DNA of 64,000 bases, taken from a virus. Under the pieces are notes generated by a model. That model made no database searches. It was not told where the DNA came from and saw nothing but the letters and a program-made list of their open reading frames with translations. Where the stretch lies: the IMG/VR virus record IMGVR_UViG_3300009408_000003, positions 56,328 to 120,327 of that record; one strand, written 5' to 3'. Made by a program: the position numbers and the translations under genes. Below, piece by piece: positions 11,431-21,800 of this stretch (position 1 is its first letter; each line of letters opens with the position of its first letter).

Positions 11431-12000
11431 TTAAGATTCTGCCGGTATCGTATATGCTGTCCATTCTAAAAAGCCTGGAGCTATAGCGGGTGGTACACTA
11501 GGATATAATGATATAGTGTTATACATTCCTTCAATAGTTGTTAAGTGTAATGTTATTCCTGCTATTAATTGATCTAAATAAATTTCGCTATCTGTTATTG
11601 GAGTTTGAGTACCCATATTCGGAAATTTACCTGGATTAGTAACTAATGCAGAAGTAGTTGATATATTTTGGAATGAACCTACTGCAGGAATTACAGGTGT
11701 TGGAAATGTGTTTAAAGTAGCACCAGTCCAATATCCTATTATACCGTTACCAATACCATTTATTATAGTATATAATCCGTTTTTCTTTTGTAATGCAAGT
11801 GTATGAGCTAATATTATTTGTGATTCCATTAAATCGGTATTACCTTTTTGAATACTCACATTATTTATTATTTGAAATCCGCGTTTTATTAACATATCAT
11901 ATTCTGTTACCAGTTTTTTTGCATAATCTTGATAAGAATTTATACCTTGCTGGTTATTCATGTATGATAACATATTAGATTTAAATATTTTAAATGACAT
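11431..12000 (-). CDS. Hypothetical structural-module protein
   Basis: 189-aa ORF abutting the hub/spike gene. Confidence 0.65.
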   Translation of the reverse strand: MSFKIFKSNMLSYMNNQQGINSYQDYAKKLVTEYDMLIKRGFQIINNVSIQKGNTDLMESQIILAHTLALQKKNGLYTIINGIGNGIIGYWTGATLNTFPTPVIPAVGSFQNISTTSALVTNPGKFPNMGTQTPITDSEIYLDQLIAGITLHLTTIEGMYNTISLYPSVPPAIAPGFLEWTAYTIPAES

Positions 12001-13254
12001 TTATTCGGTATAATTTAATGTTGATAATACTGTATCTAACTTTGATTGAAGTTTTTTAAAATCTGCCGTATTTGTTGGCCCGACAGATGTTGGCCCACTA
12101 GGAGTTGGATATACTTGTTTTACGATTAAATCTATTAAATCAGATAATATTTTTCGTAAGGTTTCGCCTCGTGCTAACGGTTCTGCATCTTTTTCTGTAT
12201 TTAAATATATTTTTCCTTTGCCACCTAGTATAAATGTGTTAAAATCATTTGTAGTTAATTTAACATCACCGTTAAAATCTAGCAAAGCTCCTGCGTTACC
12301 ATTATCGATTGACATTGTACCATCTGAAATAAATCCCCAGTTACCTTTTGAATAAAAAATCATTTCAGCAGCTTTTGATGAAAAAATAATACGTTCAGAA
12401 TTAATTAATATTTGATCTTGACCAGTTAATTCAGATGGATAATTTGTAAAATGTTTAGGTTTTGTTTTAAAATTGGTATTACCGCCATCATCAATAGTAC
12501 CTGGCTGGAATGCTAATTTGTAATTATTAGATACTAATGCTATTGTTGAACCATCGCGATTAATATCTTCTTCAGTAACATCACCACTTTTTAATTTGTT
12601 TAATGAAAACGAATTTTGTTTATTTCGTATTAAAATAGTTGGCGAATATTTATTATCAGAATTATTATATCCACTAAATCGAATTGATTGACCAAATCTA
12701 CTTTGAATTAGTTTATCTCCCTCATATAGTTTTAATCGGTTGGTTTGGGTTTCACTAAAATATTTTCCTATCTTAGCATCTCTATCGCTTTTGCCACTTG
12801 TATTAGTAATACCAGTTTGGGAAGAAGTATTATAATCATTAGCTCTAGTTGTACTTGGTTCGACTTCTTCAAACGTATCTTTTTCAAAATTTTCGATAGC
12901 ATTACCAATATTAATATCACCTTTATTAATTCGTTTATAATATACAATGCTACCAATTTTAATTAGTTCTACAGTCTCCCCAACTAAAGGTATATCTAAA
13001 TTTAATTGGTCATATGGTGGATATACCGATAAATTAGTATTAGATACTGTTTGAATATCTAATGCTCTAATAATGCATGAGCCAACATCATACGTATCTT
13101 TCCCTGTAGAAAATATTTTTAGTTTAGAATCAGTTAATCGACTATTTGTACTATCTAATATTGGTTCAATTACGATACCAACTTTAGCATGAGTAGGTAA
13201 TCTATATTTATTTGTATGATCAGTATGTTGTGACCTGCTTGTTCTATTCGACAT
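12001..13254 (-). CDS. Baseplate hub/central spike (gp5/Gp138-like)
   Basis: 417 aa; PLVGETVELI, YEGDKLIQSRFGQSIRFS, QILINSERIIFSSK. Confidence 0.7.
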   Translation of the reverse strand: MSNRTSRSQHTDHTNKYRLPTHAKVGIVIEPILDSTNSRLTDSKLKIFSTGKDTYDVGSCIIRALDIQTVSNTNLSVYPPYDQLNLDIPLVGETVELIKIGSIVYYKRINKGDINIGNAIENFEKDTFEEVEPSTTRANDYNTSSQTGITNTSGKSDRDAKIGKYFSETQTNRLKLYEGDKLIQSRFGQSIRFSGYNNSDNKYSPTILIRNKQNSFSLNKLKSGDVTEEDINRDGSTIALVSNNYKLAFQPGTIDDGGNTNFKTKPKHFTNYPSELTGQDQILINSERIIFSSKAAEMIFYSKGNWGFISDGTMSIDNGNAGALLDFNGDVKLTTNDFNTFILGGKGKIYLNTEKDAEPLARGETLRKILSDLIDLIVKQVYPTPSGPTSVGPTNTADFKKLQSKLDTVLSTLNYTE

Positions 13255-13255
13255 A

Positions 13256-13666
13256 CTATTTTTTTAATTTTTTAGTAATTTTTTTAGCATTAGATTCTAA
13301 ATCTTCTATTTTTGTTTCTGTATTGGATTTAGCTGATGTTATTGTTTGTTCTAGCTCATCTAATAATTGAAGTTTTTCTTTATCGGTTAATACCGAATTA
13401 TCATCACCAGCTTTATTTTCAGCTGAAATAAGTTTTTGAGCAATACTAGCTAGTTTTATTAACGCATCATCATTTTTTACAGAAGTTTCTACTAAATCTT
13501 TAATAACCGGCCCAAGCATTGCCATATCGCCAGCATGACGTATGAGTTTTCGCATGTCCGCTATTAATTCGGAAATTCTCTTTTTTTTGTTTTGTTGATT
13601 ATCATATATATTTTTAAATAATTCTGATAGATTTTTTCCTGGAAATAATTTAAATTCTGAGCTCAT
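13256..13666 (-). CDS. Hypothetical phage protein
   Basis: 136-aa helical ORF. Confidence 0.7.
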   Translation of the reverse strand: MSSEFKLFPGKNLSELFKNIYDNQQNKKKRISELIADMRKLIRHAGDMAMLGPVIKDLVETSVKNDDALIKLASIAQKLISAENKAGDDNSVLTDKEKLQLLDELEQTITSAKSNTETKIEDLESNAKKITKKLKK

Positions 13667-13704
13667 AATATTAATACATTAATTTACTAATAAATATAAG
13701 AAAC

Positions 13705-13731
13705 AAAAAAACCCAACGTATGTTGGGTTTT
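13705..13731 (-). terminator. Intrinsic terminator
   Basis: AAAACCCAAC-GTAT-GTTGGGTTTT hairpin with T tract. Confidence 0.75.
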
Positions 13732-13834
13732 GAGGAATATACTCTCAATCACTTTGAATTACGATTGAGGTTTGTAATCCTTTAATTAAAAGAACTCTTT
13801 AATATATGTATGCAATATTTAAAAAAATATACTG

Positions 13835-14572
13835 TTATTCTTTATTATTCCAAAATGATTTATCTTCATTTTTAAAATCGCCAGTTTCTAAATATTCATT
13901 TAGCATTCTATGTTGATACGTTTTCATTACATTAACTACCTTTGTAATATAGTGAGTTTTGCAATCAGTCATTTCTCTGATTAATAAGTATAAATGTTTT
14001 TTATTAAAATTTTCAATATAATCACTCCTACGAAATAATTCAAGAATAGCATCTGCTATTTGAATATCTCTACGTTTAGTAAATACTTTTGTTAAATGGG
14101 TGTCCCAATATTTTAGCATTATAGTTTTAAACTCCTTAAATTCAGTTCCTTCAACCGTTTCATAATGGTTATCTGATGGATTCCATGTTTCAGGCATTAC
14201 AGACAACAATGAGTTTTGTTTCCACCGTTTGTAATTATCGTTATTTAGGAATATAAGATAATTTTTAGCTACAATTGTAAAATATGAAAATGCCCTACCA
14301 CGACCCTCTTGAAACATATGTAATTTTTCTACCATGTGAGACACTACTTCTTGTTGTACCGTAGTTTTTGGAACATCAAAATAAGAAAATTTAAATGTGT
14401 TCATGACATTTTCTGCCATTTTTTCAAACGGATATTTTATTCGTTCTTGATAAATTTTACTTCTAATTTTAGGGTCTGTGCATTTATTGTATTCTATAAT
14501 TGCATCTTGTGCTGGTGTACCAAAGTACATTTTTGATTTTTTACGTCTTTTTTTCTTTCGTTTGATATTCAT
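13835..14572 (-). CDS. Putative phage sigma-factor-like protein
   Basis: 245 aa; region-2-like EVVSHMVEKLHMFQEGRGRAFSYFTIVAKNYLI. Confidence 0.55.
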   Translation of the reverse strand: MNIKRKKKRRKKSKMYFGTPAQDAIIEYNKCTDPKIRSKIYQERIKYPFEKMAENVMNTFKFSYFDVPKTTVQQEVVSHMVEKLHMFQEGRGRAFSYFTIVAKNYLIFLNNDNYKRWKQNSLLSVMPETWNPSDNHYETVEGTEFKEFKTIMLKYWDTHLTKVFTKRRDIQIADAILELFRRSDYIENFNKKHLYLLIREMTDCKTHYITKVVNVMKTYQHRMLNEYLETGDFKNEDKSFWNNKE

Positions 14573-14574
14573 AT

Positions 14575-14838
14575 TTAAAATTTCTTATCTAAATCAGTTA
14601 TGGCTTGTTTAATATCTTTAAACGCGGCACCGACTTCATCATCTGATTCAAATGATTTATTAATATCGGCTTTAGTCATGACTTGTAATGCTGCGGTAAT
14701 ATAAGATTTCATATTAGTTACAGTAGTTATTACTAAATCTTCAAGTGATTCAGTTTGTCTTAATAAATTTAAAATTACAAATGCAGCAATTAAATTTATT
14801 GCTACACTAATTCCTAATAATATATATATTATATGCAT
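14575..14838 (-). CDS. Small membrane-anchored protein
   Basis: 87 aa, N-terminal TM helix. Confidence 0.65.
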   Translation of the reverse strand: MHIIYILLGISVAINLIAAFVILNLLRQTESLEDLVITTVTNMKSYITAALQVMTKADINKSFESDDEVGAAFKDIKQAITDLDKKF

Positions 14839-14907
14839 AAGTTAATGATTATATTGGTTATAAATAAGTATCGCGATACTTAAATGGTGAGTGATTATAT
14901 TTTTTTA

Positions 14908-15516
14908 TTATAATTCTAGTGAATAGCCACTAAATTTTGTTAAATATTTGGTAAGTGGTGTTCCATATTTATCTTTAGGATTTTTACCATTTCTAAAAAA
15001 TCGTTTCACATTACCTTGTCCAGCTAAATGAGCTGCAGCTAATATACCACTTTCAGTTATAACAGTATTATTAATAACTAAACCATTATATTTTTTGATA
15101 TATCTACGTAAACGTCTTTTATTATATCGTAATAATTTTAACATTAATTTTTCTTGTAATTTTGGTGAATTTAAAAAATAAGTAGTAGAACCTTTATATC
15201 TTAAAGTTCTAAGAGTTGATTTACCAAATTGATATTTTCCTAAATATCCAAGTGTATTAACTCTTTTATAATTATTACCACTTTCTGTGAATCCTAATTT
15301 AGTTAAAAAATCATTTTGAGTGTGTAAAATTAATTTTTTGTTAACTAATACTATTTTTTCGGTATTTGTATTAATTACTGTAATTGGTATTGTAGATATG
15401 GTATGTACGATTACATTTTTTGAATTATTATGTATTTTGTTTACCTTATAAGGTAACATAAATGAACATAATAACATTGGTAAAAGTACAACTAATTTAT
15501 AATATTTCATATACAT
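14908..15516 (-). CDS. Lysozyme-like peptidoglycan hydrolase with signal peptide
   Basis: GFTESGNNYKRVNTLGYLGKYQFG and ILAAAHLAG motifs. Confidence 0.7.
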   Translation of the reverse strand: MYMKYYKLVVLLPMLLCSFMLPYKVNKIHNNSKNVIVHTISTIPITVINTNTEKIVLVNKKLILHTQNDFLTKLGFTESGNNYKRVNTLGYLGKYQFGKSTLRTLRYKGSTTYFLNSPKLQEKLMLKLLRYNKRRLRRYIKKYNGLVINNTVITESGILAAAHLAGQGNVKRFFRNGKNPKDKYGTPLTKYLTKFSGYSLEL

Positions 15517-15532
15517 ATTGATTAATTATACA

Positions 15533-15565
15533 ACAAATATACAAAAAATATTTTATATATCCTAA
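15533..15565 (-). promoter_or_regulatory. Bacteroidota-type promoter (TTAGGA-N~18-TAnnTTT[G/A]); representative of ~20 copies
   Basis: Copies near 16957, 22303, 29192, 30144, 36939, 39482, 40468, 42190, 48910, 49326, 49640, 51223, 51793, 56289, 57607, 61315, 63045, 63478. Confidence 0.8.
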
Positions 15566-15579
15566 TAAAAGTATAAAAT

Positions 15580-15822
15580 TTATGCAATACCCCCTTTACC
15601 GGTCAATGGAAAATTATTAGTTAATTTAGATTCATTTTTTATTAATTTGTTATATGCTGATACCTTTTCCGTTATAGTTATCTCTAAATCTTCTTCACTC
15701 AAAATATCATTATCAATTAGAAGTTGTACTAACGCTAAAATTAATATTTTTTGTTGTGTCATCCTAGTATTTAAATCTTGCATTATTTGCAATATGTCAT
15801 CATCATTTATTTTTTTATTCAT
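15580..15822 (-). CDS. Hypothetical protein
   Basis: 80-aa ORF. Confidence 0.65.
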   Translation of the reverse strand: MNKKINDDDILQIMQDLNTRMTQQKILILALVQLLIDNDILSEEDLEITITEKVSAYNKLIKNESKLTNNFPLTGKGGIA

Positions 15823-15834
15823 ATCATTTATTTT

Positions 15835-16050
15835 TTAATAAAGAGTAGTGAAATCCATTTTTTGTTTAATAAGTCCAAATGAGTTATCAACAGTACTTTG
15901 TTGATATCCAATTGATAATGCTAATCGCTTACAAGCTATTTTAAATTCGGTTATATCCATGTCATCTGGTATTTCTAATTCTACTTTTTTAATTTCTCTG
16001 TTATGTTTGATAAATTTCTTATCTGTATATTCGAAAATTAGTTTTGCCAT
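15835..16050 (-). CDS. Hypothetical protein
   Basis: 71-aa ORF. Confidence 0.65.
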   Translation of the reverse strand: MAKLIFEYTDKKFIKHNREIKKVELEIPDDMDITEFKIACKRLALSIGYQQSTVDNSFGLIKQKMDFTTLY

Positions 16051-16053
16051 AAT

Positions 16054-16671
16054 TTAAATTATTTTGCATCCGATTTTTAATAATGGTATTGCTTTTTTGT
16101 ACTTCATAAATTCAGTACTATTATCTGGTAGTTGTATCATTACACGTTCGTTTCTTCCATATTTTTTAGGAACTGTTATTGTTGTTGAAAATTTCCGAGT
16201 TGGATTACACATTAAAATTCCGTTTAAATGATCAATTTCATGCTGTACACAAACACATTCTAATAATCCTCTATCAGCAAAAAATTCTTTTGATGTTTTC
16301 CATTTTTCTGCAGAACTAGTTGGTTTAAACGTTAATACTCCTAAATTGTCGCATTCTATTTTTACAGTTTGGGCACGAACCGTTTTTACTGACTTTTTCA
16401 TAGATCTAGTATCTGATAAACATTGTTCTGCATATACAACGGTTTCCTTTGAATATTCTATAATTTTTGGATTAATTAATACTATTGGTTCAATAACATT
16501 AATTATGCATGCGCGTGTCTGTAATCCTAATTGATTAGCAGCCAATCCAATTCCACCATGTTTTGTTACTTCAGTAGTAAGTATTAGCGAGATTTCTTCA
16601 ACTTCTTTAGCTGATAAGGGTTGCGGTAACAATGATTGTTTTAAAAATTTGGTATCTTTAATTATTTTCAT
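16054..16671 (-). CDS. def: Peptide deformylase
   Basis: GIGLAANQLG, EQCLS (EGCLS-type) and QHEIDHLNG motifs. Confidence 0.92.
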   Translation of the reverse strand: MKIIKDTKFLKQSLLPQPLSAKEVEEISLILTTEVTKHGGIGLAANQLGLQTRACIINVIEPIVLINPKIIEYSKETVVYAEQCLSDTRSMKKSVKTVRAQTVKIECDNLGVLTFKPTSSAEKWKTSKEFFADRGLLECVCVQHEIDHLNGILMCNPTRKFSTTITVPKKYGRNERVMIQLPDNSTEFMKYKKAIPLLKIGCKII

Positions 16672-16772
16672 TTAGTTTGTTATTATTTTCTGAAATTTAT
16701 TTTTTGTAGATGTGGTTATAAACTAATTCTTTAAATTAATATTAGTTATATAGTTATTATTTTTTATGAAAA

Positions 16773-16928
16773 TTAATCATGCGCATTGTAGCGTCTATAT
16801 TCTTCATCATCTATTAATTGTTGCAGTTTTTGTATTTTAAATTTATCATCAAGTGTTAATACTGATTTTGATTTAAGATACAATATTTTAGATTCTATTG
16901 TTTTTCGTGATAATCTGTGTGATTTCAT
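16773..16928 (-). pseudogene. Small ORF broken by one extra A in an A6 run
   Basis: MKSHRLSR then frameshifted KTIESKILYLKSK..RRYNAHD*. Confidence 0.45.
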
Positions 16929-16989
16929 AACTATATTGTATTATATTATAATCTTTATAAAGATACAAAAAAAAACTGAGAGATCCTAA

Positions 16990-18378
16990 TTAATTTGTTA
17001 GAAAGTTTAATCTTTCTATTTCATTTTTAATTTTGATGTTCCATTCGTTCCATTTTATATTTTTTAGCATCCATTGTCTATAATAGGGTGGTATCTTCCT
17101 AATTTCAGTATTTTTATAACGTCCAAATGTCATATATATTTTTTCAATATTACCATCTTCATCTACTATTTTTCCTAAATCTGCCCCATTTTCTAAATGT
17201 AATCCGATCTCATGCATTGGTAAATCTGTTATTTGCATTCCATTACTACCATATAATTGCCATTTTTCATTCTTATCAGCATAGTATAAATCTTCAACTT
17301 TACCGAATCTTTTTAATGATCCTACAAAATCTACAATTAATGCATTTACTTTAGTTGGATATATACGTGTTGCTCTGCCAACAAACTGATACCACCATGA
17401 AATCGAGTTTGTTGGTCTTCCCGTAATAATACAATCTAGTTGCGGATAATCAAACCCAACAGTTAACACATTTACTTGTACTACAACTCGTAAGCGGTGT
17501 GATTTAAATTCTTCTATGATACGATTTCTATCTTTTTTTGGTGTACCACCATGCACAACTGCCGCATGCGGAATTTCACCAGCAAGTTCAGTAGCCTGTT
17601 TAATGGTTGGTACTGCAATTAAAATAGATTTTCTATCATATAATTCTGCTACCTTTTTTACTATTTTTTGATGTATATTTTGATTTTCATATACGTTTTC
17701 AATAGATTTAGATGTATAATCTGAACGGGCTGAATTATACACTAATTTTCCAGTATCAAATTCATATGATTGGTATTGTAATTTACTCCAATACTTTAAT
17801 CGTACAATATCTTGGATTTGCGCAACATATAATATATGTTTAAAAAATTGGCCGTTTTTACTCCAATTTGTTAACATAACTAATTTAGAATATGGTATAC
17901 CATCTTTGCCCATATTTGTTTGTAATTTTAATGGGGTTGCCGTAAATCCTAATATATGAGTTACACCCACACCTTCTATAAATCGTCTTAATAATCCATC
18001 TGAATTTCTCGGGTAACGATCACATTCGTCAATAATAACTTTAGTAACTCCTAATTTTTTAATGTCTTGCGCTACTGATATTAATGAGCCTAATGTACCA
18101 TAAGTAACAGCACCAATTTCTTTTTCTCGCATCGATGCAGAATAAATACATGCTGTACCACCTAAGGTTGTAAACTTTTCATAATTTTGTTCGAGCAATT
18201 CTTTTGAAGGTTGGATAACTAATACTTTATCATTAATACCTTTTGCAATAAAGGCGATAGCAATAGATTTACCAAATGCAGTAGGAGCAACAATAATTGA
18301 AGGGGCAAATTTAGGAGTATTAAAAAATTCGATTCCCATTTGTACAACTGGTATTTGATTAGGCCGTAATGTTATCAT
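16990..18378 (-). CDS. SF2 DEAD/DEAH helicase (UvsW/YejH-like)
   Basis: APTAFGKS, IIDECD, GFTATP, VLTVGFD, QFVGRATR motifs. Confidence 0.92.
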   Translation of the reverse strand: MITLRPNQIPVVQMGIEFFNTPKFAPSIIVAPTAFGKSIAIAFIAKGINDKVLVIQPSKELLEQNYEKFTTLGGTACIYSASMREKEIGAVTYGTLGSLISVAQDIKKLGVTKVIIDECDRYPRNSDGLLRRFIEGVGVTHILGFTATPLKLQTNMGKDGIPYSKLVMLTNWSKNGQFFKHILYVAQIQDIVRLKYWSKLQYQSYEFDTGKLVYNSARSDYTSKSIENVYENQNIHQKIVKKVAELYDRKSILIAVPTIKQATELAGEIPHAAVVHGGTPKKDRNRIIEEFKSHRLRVVVQVNVLTVGFDYPQLDCIITGRPTNSISWWYQFVGRATRIYPTKVNALIVDFVGSLKRFGKVEDLYYADKNEKWQLYGSNGMQITDLPMHEIGLHLENGADLGKIVDEDGNIEKIYMTFGRYKNTEIRKIPPYYRQWMLKNIKWNEWNIKIKNEIERLNFLTN

Positions 18379-18608
18379 TATAAATTATATTTGTCTTTCC
18401 ACATTTTTTTAAAGATAGTACCAACTCCTATTCGCAAATAAACTGCAGTTTTAGGAATTCCAACCATTTTTATACGAGGATTAATCATTGAATCTATTAA
18501 ATTATCGATATTTTTATTTTTAAAAACTTTCATTCTAATTTTTGAATTTTTTCGTGTAGTATTTTTAAATACCACTACTAATTCTGTTTTTGGATATGTT
18601 CCTCCCAT
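18378..18608 (-). CDS. Hypothetical protein
   Basis: 76-aa ORF. Confidence 0.6.
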   Translation of the reverse strand: MGGTYPKTELVVVFKNTTRKNSKIRMKVFKNKNIDNLIDSMINPRIKMVGIPKTAVYLRIGVGTIFKKMWKDKYNL

Positions 18609-18630
18609 TTTAAAAATTTAGATAATATGA

Positions 18631-19794
18631 TTAATATGTTTTACTTGTAAAATTGGTCGGATATTTAGTACGATATCCATCTAATATTGCTTGTGTTCCG
18701 CCTTGAGTATTCATCCAAAACTTAACTGCCTTTGGATCGTTAACCCAACGTTCAATTTTATTCCAATCAAACCATGGATGATGATAATATGATGCACCAT
18801 TATAAGAATTTCGCCAACCACCTTTTTCATATTGCAATTTATCAAGTTTTACAATAGAGTCATCAGTTGTTTTTGACTTGTCTGAAACAGTATCAGCTAT
18901 AATTGTTTCAGGCTCAGTTACTTCAATATCGTTTATATTAGTAACTAGTTCAGAACCACCATATAACGGCTTAGGTTTACTTATTTTTTTTTTATGTTGG
19001 GTATTTTCATCTACCTTTAAAGCGGTGTTAAATGCAACAATAAGAACTACAGCAAGTGGATCAAATACAAATATAATGATAAGTGTTAACCAATTTACAA
19101 TTGTATTCATTTTCCATCCTAATGCCTTCGCCAAAAAACGTAAAGGCCCAACTTCTGCTGAAATAGTTTCGGCACTTTTTATGTGTAATATTTTATTATC
19201 TAATGAAGTTAATGAATCATTCATAACTTCAATTTTATTATTTATATTGTTTCGTTGACGTTTTGTATCTGTTAATTCAGCGGTCAATACTCTACGTGTA
19301 TTTACAGAAGTTGTTGTAATAATTTTGCCAGTTTCTTTATCTTTATACTGAATTACATTATTAGAAAGACCTTTTGCATAATTATTAATAGTTGCAGCTA
19401 ATTGCTTTTTTTCAGATATGTATTCTGTTAATTGAGTTTTGTATCTTAATTTTTTTCGTTCTACCAGTTCAATTTTCGCTTTTGATACATCTAATTTATC
19501 TGCGGTTGTTTGATATGCAGATGTTAAATATCCGTATATACCAGCTGATGTAATTATCATCAATACAAAAATAGCAATAGTTAAATATATGCGTAAAATT
19601 TTATTTATTTGATTCCAATAATTATATAGAAAACTTGCACCAATTAATTTAGCTATTTCAAGCGAACTAGCCATTATTAAGACTGATATGGTAGCGCCAG
19701 CAAATAATTTTGATAATCCGTTTACCGAAAAAAATGCCGAATTAAATGCGACAAACAATGCAGCTAACCCTAATAATATAGTTCTGAATTTCAT
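18631..19794 (-). CDS. Multi-pass membrane protein with coiled coil
   Basis: 387 aa; 3 N-terminal TM helices, coiled coil, C-terminal TM (IFVFDPLAV). Confidence 0.75.
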   Translation of the reverse strand: MKFRTILLGLAALFVAFNSAFFSVNGLSKLFAGATISVLIMASSLEIAKLIGASFLYNYWNQINKILRIYLTIAIFVLMIITSAGIYGYLTSAYQTTADKLDVSKAKIELVERKKLRYKTQLTEYISEKKQLAATINNYAKGLSNNVIQYKDKETGKIITTTSVNTRRVLTAELTDTKRQRNNINNKIEVMNDSLTSLDNKILHIKSAETISAEVGPLRFLAKALGWKMNTIVNWLTLIIIFVFDPLAVVLIVAFNTALKVDENTQHKKKISKPKPLYGGSELVTNINDIEVTEPETIIADTVSDKSKTTDDSIVKLDKLQYEKGGWRNSYNGASYYHHPWFDWNKIERWVNDPKAVKFWMNTQGGTQAILDGYRTKYPTNFTSKTY

Positions 19795-19973
19795 TATGAA
19801 ATACTTACGAGCTCTCCAATTTTATTTAAACCATTAATAGCATCTCGTAAATACTGTTTGGCTTCGACTGGGCTTGCTTGTTTAGTTCCGTCAATCATAT
19901 AATTAACTAGTTTAATTCTACCTTCAACTTGCGTTAATAATTCATCAATTTTTAATTTGTATGCGTCTTTCAT
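19794..19973 (-). CDS. Hypothetical protein (likely start MKDAYK at 19973, not 20009)
   Basis: Longer track start overlaps the ATATTTATA motif and terminator. Confidence 0.55.
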   Translation of the reverse strand: MKDAYKLKIDELLTQVEGRIKLVNYMIDGTKQASPVEAKQYLRDAINGLNKIGELVSIS

Positions 19974-20007
19974 TATAAAATATTTTATATATATAAATAT
20001 AAGAAAC

Positions 20008-20043
20008 AAAAAAAGAGGATATTTTTTTCAAAAATCCTCTTTT
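20008..20043 (-). terminator. Intrinsic terminator after hsp20
   Basis: AAAAGAGGAT..ATCCTCTTTT stem with T tract. Confidence 0.65.
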
Positions 20044-20068
20044 ATAATATTATAATCTTAAAAATATA

Positions 20069-20461
20069 TTATTCTGTAATTTCAATATTTTTAATTGGAA
20101 TCGTTTTTTCTTTTAATTTTTTAATTTTGATTTCTAGGATTCCATGTTTAAGACTTGCTGTGATACTATCTGCATCAAGGACTCTACCAAGAGTAAATGA
20201 ATACCCGAAGCTTTGTGATAACGGATTTGATTTTTTCTTTGTATCAAGTGTTACTATTTTTAATTTAGTCTTTTCATTTGTGATTTTAATATCATCAAGT
20301 GATAATCCTAAAGCATTAATAGATAAAATGATAGTTCCATCTTTTTTATTAGTTACATCATATGTATCGAGTTTTGATGAGGTTGTTTCAGTTGATTTTG
20401 AGTATTGCGTAAATAATGGTTCAAAATCTGCTATTTTTGTTGTTGGGAATACATTAAACAT
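20069..20461 (-). CDS. Small heat-shock protein (Hsp20/alpha-crystallin)
   Basis: 130 aa; FTLGRVLDADSITASLKHGILEIKI. Confidence 0.85.
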   Translation of the reverse strand: MFNVFPTTKIADFEPLFTQYSKSTETTSSKLDTYDVTNKKDGTIILSINALGLSLDDIKITNEKTKLKIVTLDTKKKSNPLSQSFGYSFTLGRVLDADSITASLKHGILEIKIKKLKEKTIPIKNIEITE

Positions 20462-20513
20462 TTGTTTTTCGTTTTTAATTATTATTTATAATTCAATAAG
20501 TGTACCAATAAAC

Positions 20514-20553
20514 ATTTACTGACATTAATGTCAGTAAATATGACAATATGTCA
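20514..20553. promoter_or_regulatory. Palindromic operator-like sites upstream of hsp20
   Basis: 26-bp perfect palindrome ATTTACTGACATTAATGTCAGTAAAT (20514-20539) then TGACA-ATA-TGTCA. Confidence 0.5.
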
Positions 20554-20572
20554 GTTTATTAGTAAATTTAAG

Positions 20573-21226
20573 TTAAAATGGAGTATTAAGCCATTCTCTG
20601 CGTTCTTGTCTACATGACATATTATCTGCCCAATGTAAAATATATGGAAGCTCAGTTTTTAATGTCATATCTTTATTAAATGAAATGAAGTATTTTTTAG
20701 TTGCTTCGTCATATAATCCATCGGTACATTTTATACCAATCATCTCCCTTTCAGTATATTTAATTCCATACTGATTTAATAGCCAAAATGCGCGGTCTGG
20801 CACATCCATAAATTGTAGTTTACCGTTTACATTAAACAGTTTACCTTGATTTTTTCTATGCCATTCTGATTGATTTGCTATGTAATATGGTTGTTTTCCA
20901 TCACCGAGTTTTCCTAAATCGTGGTGAAATGCTGCGAAAAATAATTCATCGTCAGTAAAATCTACCTTTATAGTTTCTTCAAATACTTTTTTAATTTTAT
21001 ATGCGTTTTTTACCACATTCATAACATGATCAATATATCCTCCAATATATGATGAATGGAAGTGTTCAAATCCGGATGCGGGAGCAACTGCAAGTTCAGT
21101 ACCTAATTCATTTTCTGAATACATATGTAATAGTTTTTCTAATCGTTCTCCTGTGAATATCTTAGATAGCATTCCTATAAAGTTGTTGTAGTTTGCTTGT
21201 AATTCTTCTGGTGTATAAGTTTTCAT
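20573..21226 (-). CDS. HD-domain phosphohydrolase
   Basis: H..YIGGYIDHV, FHHDLGKLG, LHWAD. Confidence 0.85.
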   Translation of the reverse strand: MKTYTPEELQANYNNFIGMLSKIFTGERLEKLLHMYSENELGTELAVAPASGFEHFHSSYIGGYIDHVMNVVKNAYKIKKVFEETIKVDFTDDELFFAAFHHDLGKLGDGKQPYYIANQSEWHRKNQGKLFNVNGKLQFMDVPDRAFWLLNQYGIKYTEREMIGIKCTDGLYDEATKKYFISFNKDMTLKTELPYILHWADNMSCRQERREWLNTPF

Positions 21227-21262
21227 TTTTGTTTTTAAAATTAATAATATTTTTTAATTAGA

Positions 21263-21583
21263 TTAAAATTTTTCATATATATTTCTTTTTGTTAATGCTC
21301 GGTATAATACTTCTGTTTCTTCTTCGGATTCGGTGTGCCCTAATCCATTCATACCATCTAGTTCTACTACATATTCACCTTTTGATAATCCTAGTTCCTC
21401 CCATTCATCATTTGCTGATGATATCAACTGTGGTGCTTCATCATCTGGATTATCTTTCGGTAATGGTAATATCCAATAGTAAAAAGTTGTATCTGATATA
21501 GTATCTTCTATTTTTTCCCAACCTTGTGTTTCAAACATGACATCAGTTATCGGAGTTTCATTAATTTCAATTGGCGGTTGCAT
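21263..21583 (-). CDS. Hypothetical acidic protein
   Basis: 106-aa ORF. Confidence 0.65.
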   Translation of the reverse strand: MQPPIEINETPITDVMFETQGWEKIEDTISDTTFYYWILPLPKDNPDDEAPQLISSANDEWEELGLSKGEYVVELDGMNGLGHTESEEETEVLYRALTKRNIYEKF

Positions 21584-21599
21584 ATTTATTATTTTTTAT

Positions 21600-21800
21600 T
21601 TAAGATTTGAGTTCAGCGTACAATCTAACGTTTCTTGAACGAACATATATTTTCTTATCAGGTTAGTCAGCTAATTCTGTCATTCCTTTTTTTGTTAATC
21701 GTAATATTGCTAACTTGGTTTTATTAAAAATTAATGGACGAAATGAAGAATTCATCGCTAAATCGCCAGTATTTGATAAAATAAATTCGTGTGTTTTCAT
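21600..21800 (-). pseudogene. Degraded small ORF (frameshift plus internal TAA)
   Basis: MKTHEF / LSNTGDLAMNSSFRP..ELAD*PDKKIYV.. Confidence 0.35.
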
